Below, one piece after another: positions 7,797-17,134 of a stretch of 64,000 nucleotides of DNA. The notes beneath the pieces were generated by a model. The model was given only the letters and a program-made list of their open reading frames with translations. It was not told the origin of the DNA and made no database searches. This DNA is from Acidimicrobiia bacterium (GTDB taxonomy: Bacteria > Actinomycetota > Acidimicrobiia > Spongiisociales > ZC4RG35): assembly GCA_035305585.1 (NCBI GenBank), contig DATGOV010000038.1, positions 3,744-67,743 on the forward strand, read 5' to 3'. How positions within the stretch are numbered: the first letter of the stretch is position 1; every line of letters starts with the position of its first letter. The translations under genes and the position numbers were made by a program.

Positions 7797-10631
7797 ATGA
7801 CACCGCCCACCGGGCCGGTCACTTTCCTGTTCACCGACGTCGAGGGGTCCACTCACCTGTGGGAAACCGACCCGGCGGGGATGGCGGAGAGCATCGAAGC
7901 CCACGACTCTCTGGTCCAGCGCGCCGTGGAAGCCAACGGCGGCCACATCTTCTCCACCGCCGGTGACGGTTTCGGAGTGGCCTTCTCCTCTCCTCTCGCC
8001 GCCGTGACCGCGGCGATCAGCGTGCAGTTGGGTCTGACCCGGTCGGCTTGGACGGGCCCCGCGCTGAGAGTGCGGATGGGAATCCACACTGGACACGCCA
8101 CAGAACGCGGCGGCGACTACTTCGGGCCTGCCGTCAACCGAGCCGCCCGGATCATGGCAGCCGGCAACGGCGGCCAGGTGCTGCTGTCGGCCGCCGCCGC
8201 CCACGCCGCCGGGCGAATCGACCCTGCGTACCTGGAAGACCACGGCACTCATCGTCTCAAAGACCTCGCCGACCCCGAACACATCTTCGAAGTCCGCCAC
8301 CCGGACCTGCCGACGGTGGCCGCGCCGTTGCGGACTGTCGGACCCAACCACAACCTTCCCACTTACCCCAGCTCGTTCATCGGACGGGAAGCCGAACTGG
8401 CCGAACTGAACAGTCTCCTCGACCACCACCGACTGGTCGTCCTCACCGGAGTGGGGGGAACCGGCAAGACGCGTCTGGCGGTGGAAGCCGCCCGCCGCCT
8501 CGCCGGCAGCCAGCCCGACGGAGCATGGCTGGTCGAACTGGCTCCCGTCGACGACCCGGCGATGATCCTGACGGCGGTCGGCTCGGTGTGGGGGTTGCGC
8601 CCCGGAGAACGGAGTCCCATCGAGGAAGTGATCCGGCGCTACCTCGCCGACAAGACGTCGCTGGTGGTCGTCGACAACTGTGAGCACCTCCTCGAGGGAT
8701 CGGTGCGGGCGATCCGTCATCTCCTCCAGGCCTCACCGGGGGTGAGGGTCCTAGCCACCTCCCGCGAGTCGCTGGGGATGGGCGAGATGGTGGTGCACGT
8801 CCCTTCCTTGGAACTGCCCGCCGACGACGATCCTGCTTCCGCCGAGTCCACGCGGCTCTTCGTCGAGCGGGCGCGGGCGGTCCGTCCCGAGTTCGCCCCC
8901 GAGCCGGAGGAGATGGCAGCCGTGGCACGGATCTGTCGTCGCATCGACGGTATCCCCCTGGGATTGGAGCTCGCCGCCGCCCGCTTGCGGAGCCTGTCCC
9001 CGACGGAGCTCGCCGACAGGCTGGAAGACTCGTTTCGCATCCTGTCGGGATCGGCGAAGGCCTCTCTTCCCCGTCAGCGGACTCTGGCCGCGACGATCGA
9101 CTGGTCGCACGATCTCCTGGCCGACCCCGAGAAGGCGGTCTTCTCCCGCCTGGCGGTGTTCGCCGGCGGGTTCGACCTGGAGGCGGCCGAAGCAGTCTGT
9201 TCGGGGGAGGAAATCGCTCCCCAGGATGTCTTCGACTTCCTCGACTCACTGGTCGACAAGTCGCTCGTGATGGCGACGCCGCTACGCGACGGCACCCGCT
9301 ATCGGCTGCTCGAGCCGGTCCGTCAGTACGCCCAGGAGAAGCTCGCCGCCTCGGGCGAGGCGGAAGCGGCGTACGCCGCCCACGCCCGCCACTACGCCGA
9401 GCGCGCCGCCCAGGCGGCGCCCCGGCTGCGCGGCCCCGAACAATTCGTGACCCGCCGCTCGCTCGACGTCGACCACGCCAACCTGCTGTCGGCGTTGCGG
9501 ACCCTGTCCGAGACCGGCGAGCACGAACGATTCCTCCGCATGGTCTTCGACTTGTTCCTGTACTGGATGCAGTCGGGAAAGCAGGTGGAGGCCATCGACA
9601 CTGCTCTGGCCGGGTTGGGCACCGCCCCACCCGACGTCGACCCGGAGGTCACGCTGCGGGCCTGGTGGACCACTGCATTCCTCGGAGCGGAGATCACCCG
9701 GCCGTCGTCGGTGGATCACGCCCGGCGAGGCCTCGACCTGGCCCGCCGCGTCGGAGACCCGAATCTGATCGGGCGGATGCAACTGATCCTGGGGGCGGCG
9801 ATCCGGCATTCGACGAGCGACCCGAGCTATTTGCAACACCTGGAGGAAGGGCGGCGCCTCCTCGCTGCCCACCCCGAGCCTCGGTGGTGGGAGGCGGAAT
9901 GGGAACAGGCGCTGATCGACTTCCTGCTCGGTGCATATCTGGCGTCTAGCGACGAGCGCCGGCGCCGACATCTCGAGTCGGCGATCGCCGCCTTCGAGGA
10001 GCTCGAGGACGAAGCGCTGCTCGTCGCCGCACTCACCGAGACCTTCGGTGAGAGCGACGACGACTGGGTGCGTTCCAACCTGTCGCGGGCGCTCGAGATC
10101 ACCGAGCGGATCGAACTCCCGTTCTGGCGGGGCCACGCCGCCGTCTTCATGGGGGCGCTCTTGTCCCTTCGCTACGCCAGCTACGCGGCTGCCGCACCCC
10201 ATCTGCGCGACTCGCTCGGCTACCTGCGGGACTGCGGCGACATCTCCTGCTGGGCAGCGTCCAATCGTGCCCTGGCCATCACCAACGCCCACCTCGGCCT
10301 AGTCGAGGAGGCGAGATCGAACCTCGAAGCAGTTCTGGACGTCCTCCCGTCCCTCCCGATGCCGGAGACGCACGTCCCGCGTCTCCTCGACACGGCGACG
10401 CGGGTACTGCTCGAGTCGGGCAAGGTCGGCAACTCCGCTCTGCTGCTGGGGCTGGCGGAAGCGACCGAAATGCCGGGGGAACTCGCCTTCGGACGGGTCG
10501 CCACTCACGAGGAGTTGCGAAAGGAGATCGCCACCGAGATCGGAGAGGAGCGAACCGACCAGTTGATCGCCGAGGGTGCCCGCCTCGGCCTCGACGACGC
10601 CTGGGATCTCATCCGCCGGTCGCTCGCCTGA
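7797..10631 (+). CDS. Class III nucleotide cyclase - STAND (AP/NB-ARC-like) ATPase - helical repeat protein
   Basis: TFLFTDVEGST, AGDGF, RMGIHTG, DYFGPAVNRAAR cyclase motifs; GVGGTGKT P-loop; VVDNCEHLL Walker B; GIPLGLELAA; no C-terminal LuxR HTH. Confidence 0.88.
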   Translation: MTPPTGPVTFLFTDVEGSTHLWETDPAGMAESIEAHDSLVQRAVEANGGHIFSTAGDGFGVAFSSPLAAVTAAISVQLGLTRSAWTGPALRVRMGIHTGHATERGGDYFGPAVNRAARIMAAGNGGQVLLSAAAAHAAGRIDPAYLEDHGTHRLKDLADPEHIFEVRHPDLPTVAAPLRTVGPNHNLPTYPSSFIGREAELAELNSLLDHHRLVVLTGVGGTGKTRLAVEAARRLAGSQPDGAWLVELAPVDDPAMILTAVGSVWGLRPGERSPIEEVIRRYLADKTSLVVVDNCEHLLEGSVRAIRHLLQASPGVRVLATSRESLGMGEMVVHVPSLELPADDDPASAESTRLFVERARAVRPEFAPEPEEMAAVARICRRIDGIPLGLELAAARLRSLSPTELADRLEDSFRILSGSAKASLPRQRTLAATIDWSHDLLADPEKAVFSRLAVFAGGFDLEAAEAVCSGEEIAPQDVFDFLDSLVDKSLVMATPLRDGTRYRLLEPVRQYAQEKLAASGEAEAAYAAHARHYAERAAQAAPRLRGPEQFVTRRSLDVDHANLLSALRTLSETGEHERFLRMVFDLFLYWMQSGKQVEAIDTALAGLGTAPPDVDPEVTLRAWWTTAFLGAEITRPSSVDHARRGLDLARRVGDPNLIGRMQLILGAAIRHSTSDPSYLQHLEEGRRLLAAHPEPRWWEAEWEQALIDFLLGAYLASSDERRRRHLESAIAAFEELEDEALLVAALTETFGESDDDWVRSNLSRALEITERIELPFWRGHAAVFMGALLSLRYASYAAAAPHLRDSLGYLRDCGDISCWAASNRALAITNAHLGLVEEARSNLEAVLDVLPSLPMPETHVPRLLDTATRVLLESGKVGNSALLLGLAEATEMPGELAFGRVATHEELRKEIATEIGEERTDQLIAEGARLGLDDAWDLIRRSLA

Positions 10632-11300
10632 TCAGCGGAGCTCGGCGAGACGGCGCAGCTGGCGCCCTTGCCGGTCGAAGTTGGAGGGGTCCAGCCAGGC
10701 CTCGAACGCGGCTCGAAGCCGCGGCCACTCGGAGTCGATCACCGAATACCAGGCCGTGTCGCGATTCCGCCCCTTGTACACCATGTGCTGGCGGAAAGTG
10801 CCCTCGTAGGTGAAACCGAGCCGTTCCGCGGCTCGCCGCGAGGCGGCGTTGAGAGCGTCGCATTTCCACTCGTACCGTCGGTAGCCCAGATCGAACACGT
10901 GGCGCATCATCAGATACATCGCCTCGGTCGCCGCCGGCGTGCGCTGCAGGCTCGGCGAGAAGACCAGGTGACCCACCTCGGCGACACCGTGGGCGGGCTC
11001 GATGCGCAGGTACGCCCCCCATCCCCGGGCGGCGCCTCTGATGTCGAACGTCACGAACCGCGGGTCGGCAGACCCGACCCAGGCGGCAACGGTCTGCTCC
11101 ATGTCGGCCCGATCGAGGAACGGCCCGTACGACATGTACGTCCACAAGTCCGCATCGGCGTCCACGAGCGACTCCCACAGCGACGGGATGGCTCGCTCGG
11201 TGAGAGGGGAGACCGTGACGTACCGGCCGGCGAGCACCGGCGGCCCGAGCGGAGGGGGCGGTTCCCATCCGGGAACGGCGGAGCCCACCGGAAGACTCAC
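10632..11300 (-). CDS. GNAT (RimJ/RimL-like) N-acetyltransferase
   Basis: LWTYMSYGPF, AEVGHLVFSPSLQRT, GYRRYEWKCDALN.ASRRAAERLGFTYEGTFR, GRNRDTAWYS. Confidence 0.9.
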   Translation of the reverse strand: MSLPVGSAVPGWEPPPPLGPPVLAGRYVTVSPLTERAIPSLWESLVDADADLWTYMSYGPFLDRADMEQTVAAWVGSADPRFVTFDIRGAARGWGAYLRIEPAHGVAEVGHLVFSPSLQRTPAATEAMYLMMRHVFDLGYRRYEWKCDALNAASRRAAERLGFTYEGTFRQHMVYKGRNRDTAWYSVIDSEWPRLRAAFEAWLDPSNFDRQGRQLRRLAELR

Positions 11301-12388
11301 AGGACCCGACGCTCCCGCTCGAAGAGCTCGTCGAGGCGACGGGTCAGATCCCATTCCCCGTCGGCGGCGCGGGCCGCCACCAGCAAGAGATCGACCAGAC
11401 CGTGGAAGTCGTCGACGCTGACCGCCTCGGGCATCGGCTCGGCGGGGGCTCCGCCGGCTTCCACCGCGTCCAAGTTGCCCATGTTGTGGTAGTTGGCCAG
11501 CGGAAGGCACAGGCCGGTGGTGGAGTACCCGTAGGCCGCGAACGCGGTCGCCTCACAAGACCCGCCGGCCATCAGCTTTCTCTGATGGATCCGGCCACTG
11601 TCCTTGGCGGCAGAGGACACGAGGTTGGTGAGCCGGTGGTCGAACACACTCGAGGCGTCCCCCACCCGAACCACGGGTCCGCCACCCACGGGCGAATCGG
11701 CGAATTCCCGGCTGCATTCGATCGACAGCACCCGGGCGTCATCGGGCAGGGTGTTGTCGCGGGCGGCGCCGATCGCTCCGACGAAGCCGAGCTCTTCGGC
11801 TCGGGTCACCAGCACGGCGAAGTGGCGCAGGGTCGGATCCGGGCGCGACCGGTCCAGGGCGGCGAGGGCCGCGGCCACTCCGGCGAGGTCGTCGCAGGCA
11901 TGAGCGTGGCACCTCCCTCCACGGACGCCGAGACGCTGGCGCCCGAACGACCACCTCCCGATGTCGCCTTCCCCGAGTCGCGCCCCGCGTGAAGCTTCGA
12001 CGGTTCCCTGGGAGGCCTCCGGGTCGTACTCGACGAGCGTGGCGGGATGGCGTCGGCCTCTGGCGTCGAAGAACTCGAGACGGGGCCGGCCCGCGAAGTA
12101 CTCGGGCCGCACTCCCCCTCGGAACTCGACGGCGGCGTAGCGCCCTTCGGACTCGGTCACGACGAAGGCGGGGTGGTCGGCGTGAGCGACAGCCACCACC
12201 GGGGCGGCCTTCTTTCGGCCCTTGCGTGTGATCAGGAGGTTGCCGTGGCGGTCGGTGCGCACGGAGAGATCGGCGCGTCGCGCCACCCATGCCCTTACCC
12301 AGTCGAGGACCCGCCATTCCTCGCCCGGTGCGGTGGGGATCGCGGTCAGCTGTTCGAGCCAGCGACGTTCGGAAGTGCGGTCGGCCAT
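11297..12388 (-). CDS. M20/M28/M42-family metallopeptidase or hydrolase
   Basis: Metal-ligand motifs AHADH, ACDDLAG, RAEELG, SIE, GGSCEA and YHN. Confidence 0.8.
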   Translation of the reverse strand: MADRTSERRWLEQLTAIPTAPGEEWRVLDWVRAWVARRADLSVRTDRHGNLLITRKGRKKAAPVVAVAHADHPAFVVTESEGRYAAVEFRGGVRPEYFAGRPRLEFFDARGRRHPATLVEYDPEASQGTVEASRGARLGEGDIGRWSFGRQRLGVRGGRCHAHACDDLAGVAAALAALDRSRPDPTLRHFAVLVTRAEELGFVGAIGAARDNTLPDDARVLSIECSREFADSPVGGGPVVRVGDASSVFDHRLTNLVSSAAKDSGRIHQRKLMAGGSCEATAFAAYGYSTTGLCLPLANYHNMGNLDAVEAGGAPAEPMPEAVSVDDFHGLVDLLLVAARAADGEWDLTRRLDELFERERRVL

Positions 12389-12434
12389 CGCCGCGAGATT
12401 CCCAGGTCTGCGCCGGAGGCGCAAAGACGGCGGG

Positions 12435-13244
12435 TCAGCGGTCGAACGGCGTGTCGGTGAAGAAGTCCGATGCCCGGGGGATCTCGGGCTCGGGCGCCTT
12501 GGGCGACTCGATACCGAGCCGGGATCGCACCGCCTCGTAGCCTCCCTGCTCGAGCTCCTCGGCGAGCTCGGGACCGCCGGACTCGACGATGCGGCCGTCG
12601 ATCATCACGTGGACCCGGTCGGGTGACAGGTAACGGAGGATGCGGGCGTAGTGGGTGATCATCACCACCGCCATGTCGGGGCTCCGCATCGCCTCGACCG
12701 CCTCTGCGATCTGTCGCACGGCGTCGATGTCGAGACCGGAGTCGATCTCGTCGAGGACCGCCACCTTGGGGCCGAGCACTGCCAATTGGAAGATCTCCGA
12801 CCGCTTCTTCTCGCCGCCCGACAGGTCGTCGTTGACTGAGCGGCCGAGGAAGTCGACCATCCCGAACCGCTCGGCAGCTTCTCCTATGCGCTTTTCGACC
12901 TCGTCGGTGTCGAGGCCGCGTTCCTCAGCGGCTTCCCGAACGAAGTCGCCGAGCCGGATTCCCGGCACCTCTGTCGGGTACTGGAACGCCTGGAGGAGCC
13001 CCAGCCTGCTGCGCTCGTCGACGTCCAGGTCGAGGATCTCGGTTCCGGCCAGCCGCGCCGAGCCTCGAACCTGATACTCGGGGTTGCCGGTGAGCACGTG
13101 GCTCAGCGTCGACTTCCCCGATCCGTTGGGGCCCATCACGACGTGGATCTCGCCGAAGGGAACGGCCAGGTCGACGCCGCGGAGGATCTCGGTCCCGTCC
13201 ACGGATGCTTGCAGGTTTTCGATCTCGAGGGCCAACGTCATCAC
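12435..13244 (-). CDS. sufC: Fe-S cluster assembly ATPase SufC (copy 2)
   Basis: GPNGSGKST, LQAFQYPTEVPG, LSGGEKKRSE, LDEIDSGLDIDA, ITHYARIL; last gene of sufD-Rieske-sufC. Confidence 0.92.
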   Translation of the reverse strand: MMTLALEIENLQASVDGTEILRGVDLAVPFGEIHVVMGPNGSGKSTLSHVLTGNPEYQVRGSARLAGTEILDLDVDERSRLGLLQAFQYPTEVPGIRLGDFVREAAEERGLDTDEVEKRIGEAAERFGMVDFLGRSVNDDLSGGEKKRSEIFQLAVLGPKVAVLDEIDSGLDIDAVRQIAEAVEAMRSPDMAVVMITHYARILRYLSPDRVHVMIDGRIVESGGPELAEELEQGGYEAVRSRLGIESPKAPEPEIPRASDFFTDTPFDR

Positions 13245-13555
13245 TCTTCTCCAATCCTCAAGAAGACCATCCCGTCTTCCACCTTCGCGTCGTAGACGGG
13301 GACGGGCTGGGTGGCGGGAAGGGCCTGAGGCTCACCGGTGCGGAGGTCGAAGGCGCTGCCGTGGCGGGGGCATTCCACCTCCGCCCCGAACACGTCACCT
13401 TCCGCCAGGGACGCCTCGGCGTGGCTGCAGCGGTCGCCGATGGCGTACACCTCTCCCTCGACCCGGAACAGGGCGATGCGGTGCTCGCCGATGTCGACCC
13501 TCAGCCCGCGGTCGTGTGGGATGCGCTTGGCTTCCACGACTCGGATCCAGCTCAC
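13241..13555 (-). CDS. Rieske-type (non-heme iron oxygenase) ferredoxin
   Basis: DRCSHAEASL and ECPRHGSAFDL [2Fe-2S] motifs; GTG start overlapping sufD stop. Confidence 0.92.
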   Translation of the reverse strand: MSWIRVVEAKRIPHDRGLRVDIGEHRIALFRVEGEVYAIGDRCSHAEASLAEGDVFGAEVECPRHGSAFDLRTGEPQALPATQPVPVYDAKVEDGMVFLRIGEE

Positions 13556-14859
13556 GACAGCCGGCCCTCCTCCTGCGCCTGGGTGAAGCGCCGGAACACG
13601 GCTTCTTCGATCGGCTCGGCGACCGTGTCGAACGGGAGGCGTTCGATCACTTCGGAGAAGAAGCCGCGGACGAGCATCCTCTCTGCCCGGGGACGGGATA
13701 TGCCCCGGGACTGCAGGTAGTAGAGGTGCTCCTGCTCGAGCGGACCGACCGACGAGCCGTGGCCGCACACGACGTCGTTGCAGAGGATCTCGAGGTTGGG
13801 CACCGAATGGGCCTTGGCGTGTTCGGAGAGGACGAGGTTGCGGTTGGTCTCGAACGCCGAAGTCCGGACGGCGTCCTTCTCGATGCGCAGCAGGCCCGTG
13901 AAGACCGACTGGGCGTGGTCTTCGACCGCGCCTTTCATGAAGACGTCGGAGGTGGTGTTGCGTCCGATGTGGTTGATCGTCATGCGATAGTCGAGCGTCT
14001 GGTGGTCTTCCCCGAAGTAGACGCCGACGACTTCGGCCGACGAGCCGGTCCCCTCCAGATCGACCGCCAGGTCGAGGCGGGCCACCTTCCCGCCCAGCCC
14101 GACTTCACCGACGCGGCCGGTGGCGTCGCGGCCCAGACGGAGGCGCTGGTGGACGAGCCCGGTGGTGGCCAGGTCCCAGCCTTGCACGGACATGAAACGC
14201 AGCTGGGCACCGTCCTCTGCGGTGAGGACGACATCCGGCACCGCCACTGCCTCGAGGCCCTCGGGGCTGCGGTAGACGACGATGAGGCCCGCCTGGGCAT
14301 TGGCGCCCACCAGGAACTCGACGTGCGGAAACGAGATGGTGCCCGGCTGCGTCGCCTGGATGTCGACGACGATCGGCGATTCCACCACCGCCCCGGGGCG
14401 AACCGCCACCACGGCGCCGTCGGTGGCGAACGCCAGGTGGGCCGCGGCGAACTTGTCCCGATCGACGGGAGCGGCAGTCTCGAGTCGATCCACTTCGGCC
14501 ATTCGCTTCACGCTCACGTCACCGACCTCGAGGGCGACGTCCACCACTCGGCCGTCGATGATCTGGATCCGGCCGGCGGCGTCGTCGAGCGCGGAGGTGA
14601 GGAACGGCCCGGCGGGCATCGCTGCCCCGCCGTCTGTGGTGAGGGCCAGCGAGTCGAGGTCGAAGTCGAGCTCGACGTAGCGCCACTCCTCCTCCGCCCC
14701 GGTGGGTACGTCCTGGGCTTGGAAAGCGGCGAAAGCTTCCGAAATCTGGGGCGCCCGCCAGTCGGGCTGGCCCCGTTGTATGGTCTCGACGGCAGTGTGA
14801 TCCAGCGCGGTCAAATCCAGTTCTCCGGGACGTGGGACAGAAATCCGATGGTATTGCAC
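13552..14859 (-). CDS. sufD: Fe-S cluster assembly protein SufD
   Basis: EEEWRY, HIGRNTTSDVFMKGAV, VFTGLLRI, AHSVPNLEILCNDVVCGHGSSVG, YYLQSRGI. Confidence 0.93.
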   Translation of the reverse strand: MQYHRISVPRPGELDLTALDHTAVETIQRGQPDWRAPQISEAFAAFQAQDVPTGAEEEWRYVELDFDLDSLALTTDGGAAMPAGPFLTSALDDAAGRIQIIDGRVVDVALEVGDVSVKRMAEVDRLETAAPVDRDKFAAAHLAFATDGAVVAVRPGAVVESPIVVDIQATQPGTISFPHVEFLVGANAQAGLIVVYRSPEGLEAVAVPDVVLTAEDGAQLRFMSVQGWDLATTGLVHQRLRLGRDATGRVGEVGLGGKVARLDLAVDLEGTGSSAEVVGVYFGEDHQTLDYRMTINHIGRNTTSDVFMKGAVEDHAQSVFTGLLRIEKDAVRTSAFETNRNLVLSEHAKAHSVPNLEILCNDVVCGHGSSVGPLEQEHLYYLQSRGISRPRAERMLVRGFFSEVIERLPFDTVAEPIEEAVFRRFTQAQEEGRLS

Positions 14860-14873
14860 TATCGCGATAGTGC
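14856..14873. promoter_or_regulatory. Perfect 18-bp palindrome overlapping sufD start, candidate suf operator
   Basis: GCACTATCGCGATAGTGC is its own reverse complement; near-identical copy at 20649-20664. Confidence 0.65.
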
Positions 14874-14884
14874 GAAATACGCCG

Positions 14885-15553
14885 TCAGGTCCCGGAGAGT
14901 TGCTTCGCCCTTCGCCACACGGCGTCGAACATCTCCTCCGTCAACCGTCCGGTGAACGTGTTCTGTTGGCTCGGGTGGTAGGAGCCGAGCAGCACCGGGC
15001 CTGGTTCGAGGTCGACTTCTGCGCCGTGACCGAATCGTGGCCGGGGACGGGGAACGGCCCATCCCCAGTCGGCGCCGCGACGCAGCACCTGGGTCCAGGC
15101 GAGCTGGCCCAACGTCACCACGACCCGGGGACGCATCGCGGCGACTTCCGGGATCAACCACGTGTCCACACAGGTGGCGATCTCGACAGTCGTCGGTTTG
15201 TTGTCCGGTGGGGCGCAGTGGCAGACGGCGGTGATCCGCACATCGATCAGGCCCAGGTCCGGGTCCTCGTCGTCGGGCGAAGTCGCCAGCCCCGCCCTGT
15301 GCAGCGCCCGGTACAACCAGTCGCCCGAACGGTCGCCGGTGAACATTCGCCCGGTGCGGTTCCCTCCGTGGGCGGCGGGGGCGAGTCCCACGACGAGGAT
15401 CGGAGCGTCCAGGGAACCGAACGACGGGACGGGCCGGCCCCAGTACTCCTCGCCGGCGAATGCGGCCCGCTTCTCAGTGGTGGCTTTCCGTTCTCGCCAC
15501 TCCACGAGACGAGGGCACAGGCGGCATTCCGTCAGCCCGGCATGGACCGTCAC
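14885..15553 (-). CDS. Uracil-DNA glycosylase family 5 (UdgB-like, Fe-S)
   Basis: CRLCPRLVEWRE, YWGRPVPSFG, GLAPAAHGGNRTGRMFTGDRSG, CAPPDNKPT, GSYHPSQQNTFTG. Confidence 0.9.
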   Translation of the reverse strand: MTVHAGLTECRLCPRLVEWRERKATTEKRAAFAGEEYWGRPVPSFGSLDAPILVVGLAPAAHGGNRTGRMFTGDRSGDWLYRALHRAGLATSPDDEDPDLGLIDVRITAVCHCAPPDNKPTTVEIATCVDTWLIPEVAAMRPRVVVTLGQLAWTQVLRRGADWGWAVPRPRPRFGHGAEVDLEPGPVLLGSYHPSQQNTFTGRLTEEMFDAVWRRAKQLSGT

Positions 15554-17004
15554 TCGCGCTCCAGGGCGGCGACGCTCACCTCGGACATGGCATTCCACAG
15601 CATCCAGCCCATGCCGTGGGACTCGGCGGCATCGATCTGTTGCCTCACCTGGGCTGCGTTGTAGCCGAAGTCCTGGAGCCACGGACGGATGACCACCTGT
15701 CCCGACGAGCGCGCCACCGCGTCGGCGAGTGCCCGATTCACCACCACGTCCGGCCGGGCGCTCGGATCTTCCAGCCCGTACCAGCCCGAGTCGTAGTGGC
15801 TGGGATAGATCATCGGGGACACCACGTCTCCGACGGAGGTGATGTCCTCCCAGCGCTGGCCGATACCGCCGTCGTCAGCCGACGTCGTGACGAACCCGAA
15901 CACGTCGACGCCCACCGCACACCCGAGCGGATGCAGCGCCTCGGTCGCCTCCCGGATGAAGCTCCGGATCGCTTCGGCGCGCACGTCGAGGGAGACGCCG
16001 GCGTCGAAGTGCACCGACTCGGGACGGACGTCGGGGAACCGCACGTAGTCGAACTGCACCTCGTCGAGGCCCATCGAGCAAGCCTCGGTCGCCAAGTCGA
16101 GGGCGTATGCCCGAGCTTCGGGATCGGTGGGATCGAGAAAGTATTGCCCATTGGAGGAGAACGGCGCCCCGGTCTGCTCATCCCACACCGCCATGTCGGG
16201 ATCTGCCTGGGCGGCCACCGGGTCCTGAAACGCCACGATCCGCCCGATCATGTAGAGGTCCTGCGCCTTGGCCGCCTCCACCACCTCGGCGAGGTCGTAA
16301 CGGGGAGCGTCGGCTCCCACCTGCGCCACGGTGGGAACCCTCGACCGGTAGAGCACCACCCCCTCCTCTGCCTTGAGGTCGATCATCAGTCCGTTCAGTT
16401 CCGTCGTGTCGGCCAGCTCCAGGAACTCTTCGAGGCGCTCCTCCACCGCCTCACCGGTCATGTGGACGGCCTTGACGATGATCGGCTCGACCTGGATCTG
16501 CTGCTCCCCCGGGCCGCCCGACCACTCGAAAGTCGCCTCCTGCCATGCCGGACGGGACACCCGCACGGTGCCCGGCTCGGCGCCCCGGACGATGAACCGG
16601 CCTTCCTCATCGGAATGTCCGACGCCGGCCCCCGCCTCGACGGTGACGTCGGCGACCGGCGTGCCGTCGGGATCTGCCACCCGTCCTCTGAGCATCAACG
16701 CCTTGAGCACGACGTCGAAGACACCGTCGTCGGGCGGGGTGATGGTGAAGGTCGAAGAGAAATGGCCGGGAGCCGACACCTGCACCAAGGCCCCCGAAGG
16801 AGCCACTTCGAGCAGTCCCGATTCCCCGGTCAGACCGAGCTGACGGCCTTCGGCGGCCACGACGGCGTTGGAGACGGGCGCGCCGACATCGTCCACGACG
16901 CGGAGGGTGAACGGGTCGGGCTCGTCCATGAACGACCACACCGCCCAGCTCAGCCAGCCGAGCGTGACCAAAACCAGCAGCCGGAACTGAGTCTTGCGGG
17001 ACAC
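15550..17004 (-). CDS. Membrane-anchored putative glycoside hydrolase (DUF4015-like TIM barrel) with N-terminal carboxypeptidase-regulatory-like beta domains
   Basis: N-terminal TM helix; LRGRVADPDGTPVADVTV...SDEEGRF repeats; IDLKAEEG, IGRIVAFQDP, DEVQFDYVRFP, SPMIYPSHY, IRPWLQDF, QQIDAA...GWMLWN. Confidence 0.8.
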   Translation of the reverse strand: MSRKTQFRLLVLVTLGWLSWAVWSFMDEPDPFTLRVVDDVGAPVSNAVVAAEGRQLGLTGESGLLEVAPSGALVQVSAPGHFSSTFTITPPDDGVFDVVLKALMLRGRVADPDGTPVADVTVEAGAGVGHSDEEGRFIVRGAEPGTVRVSRPAWQEATFEWSGGPGEQQIQVEPIIVKAVHMTGEAVEERLEEFLELADTTELNGLMIDLKAEEGVVLYRSRVPTVAQVGADAPRYDLAEVVEAAKAQDLYMIGRIVAFQDPVAAQADPDMAVWDEQTGAPFSSNGQYFLDPTDPEARAYALDLATEACSMGLDEVQFDYVRFPDVRPESVHFDAGVSLDVRAEAIRSFIREATEALHPLGCAVGVDVFGFVTTSADDGGIGQRWEDITSVGDVVSPMIYPSHYDSGWYGLEDPSARPDVVVNRALADAVARSSGQVVIRPWLQDFGYNAAQVRQQIDAAESHGMGWMLWNAMSEVSVAALERE

Positions 17005-17054
17005 GGGACGGAGACAGCCTACCGAGAACTGACGGTTGGGAGTCCGAGACGGAC

Positions 17055-17075
17055 TTCTCCACAGACTGTGGAAAA
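17055..17075. promoter_or_regulatory. Head-to-head pair of DnaA-box-like 9-mers
   Basis: TTCTCCACA-gac-TGTGGAAAA; each box has one mismatch to TT(A/G)TCCACA. Confidence 0.5.
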
Positions 17076-17134
17076 CCAATTGTCAGGGGGGGACGCATCT
17101 GATAGTTTCCAACCACGCAAGCAGTCGGGGAGCC

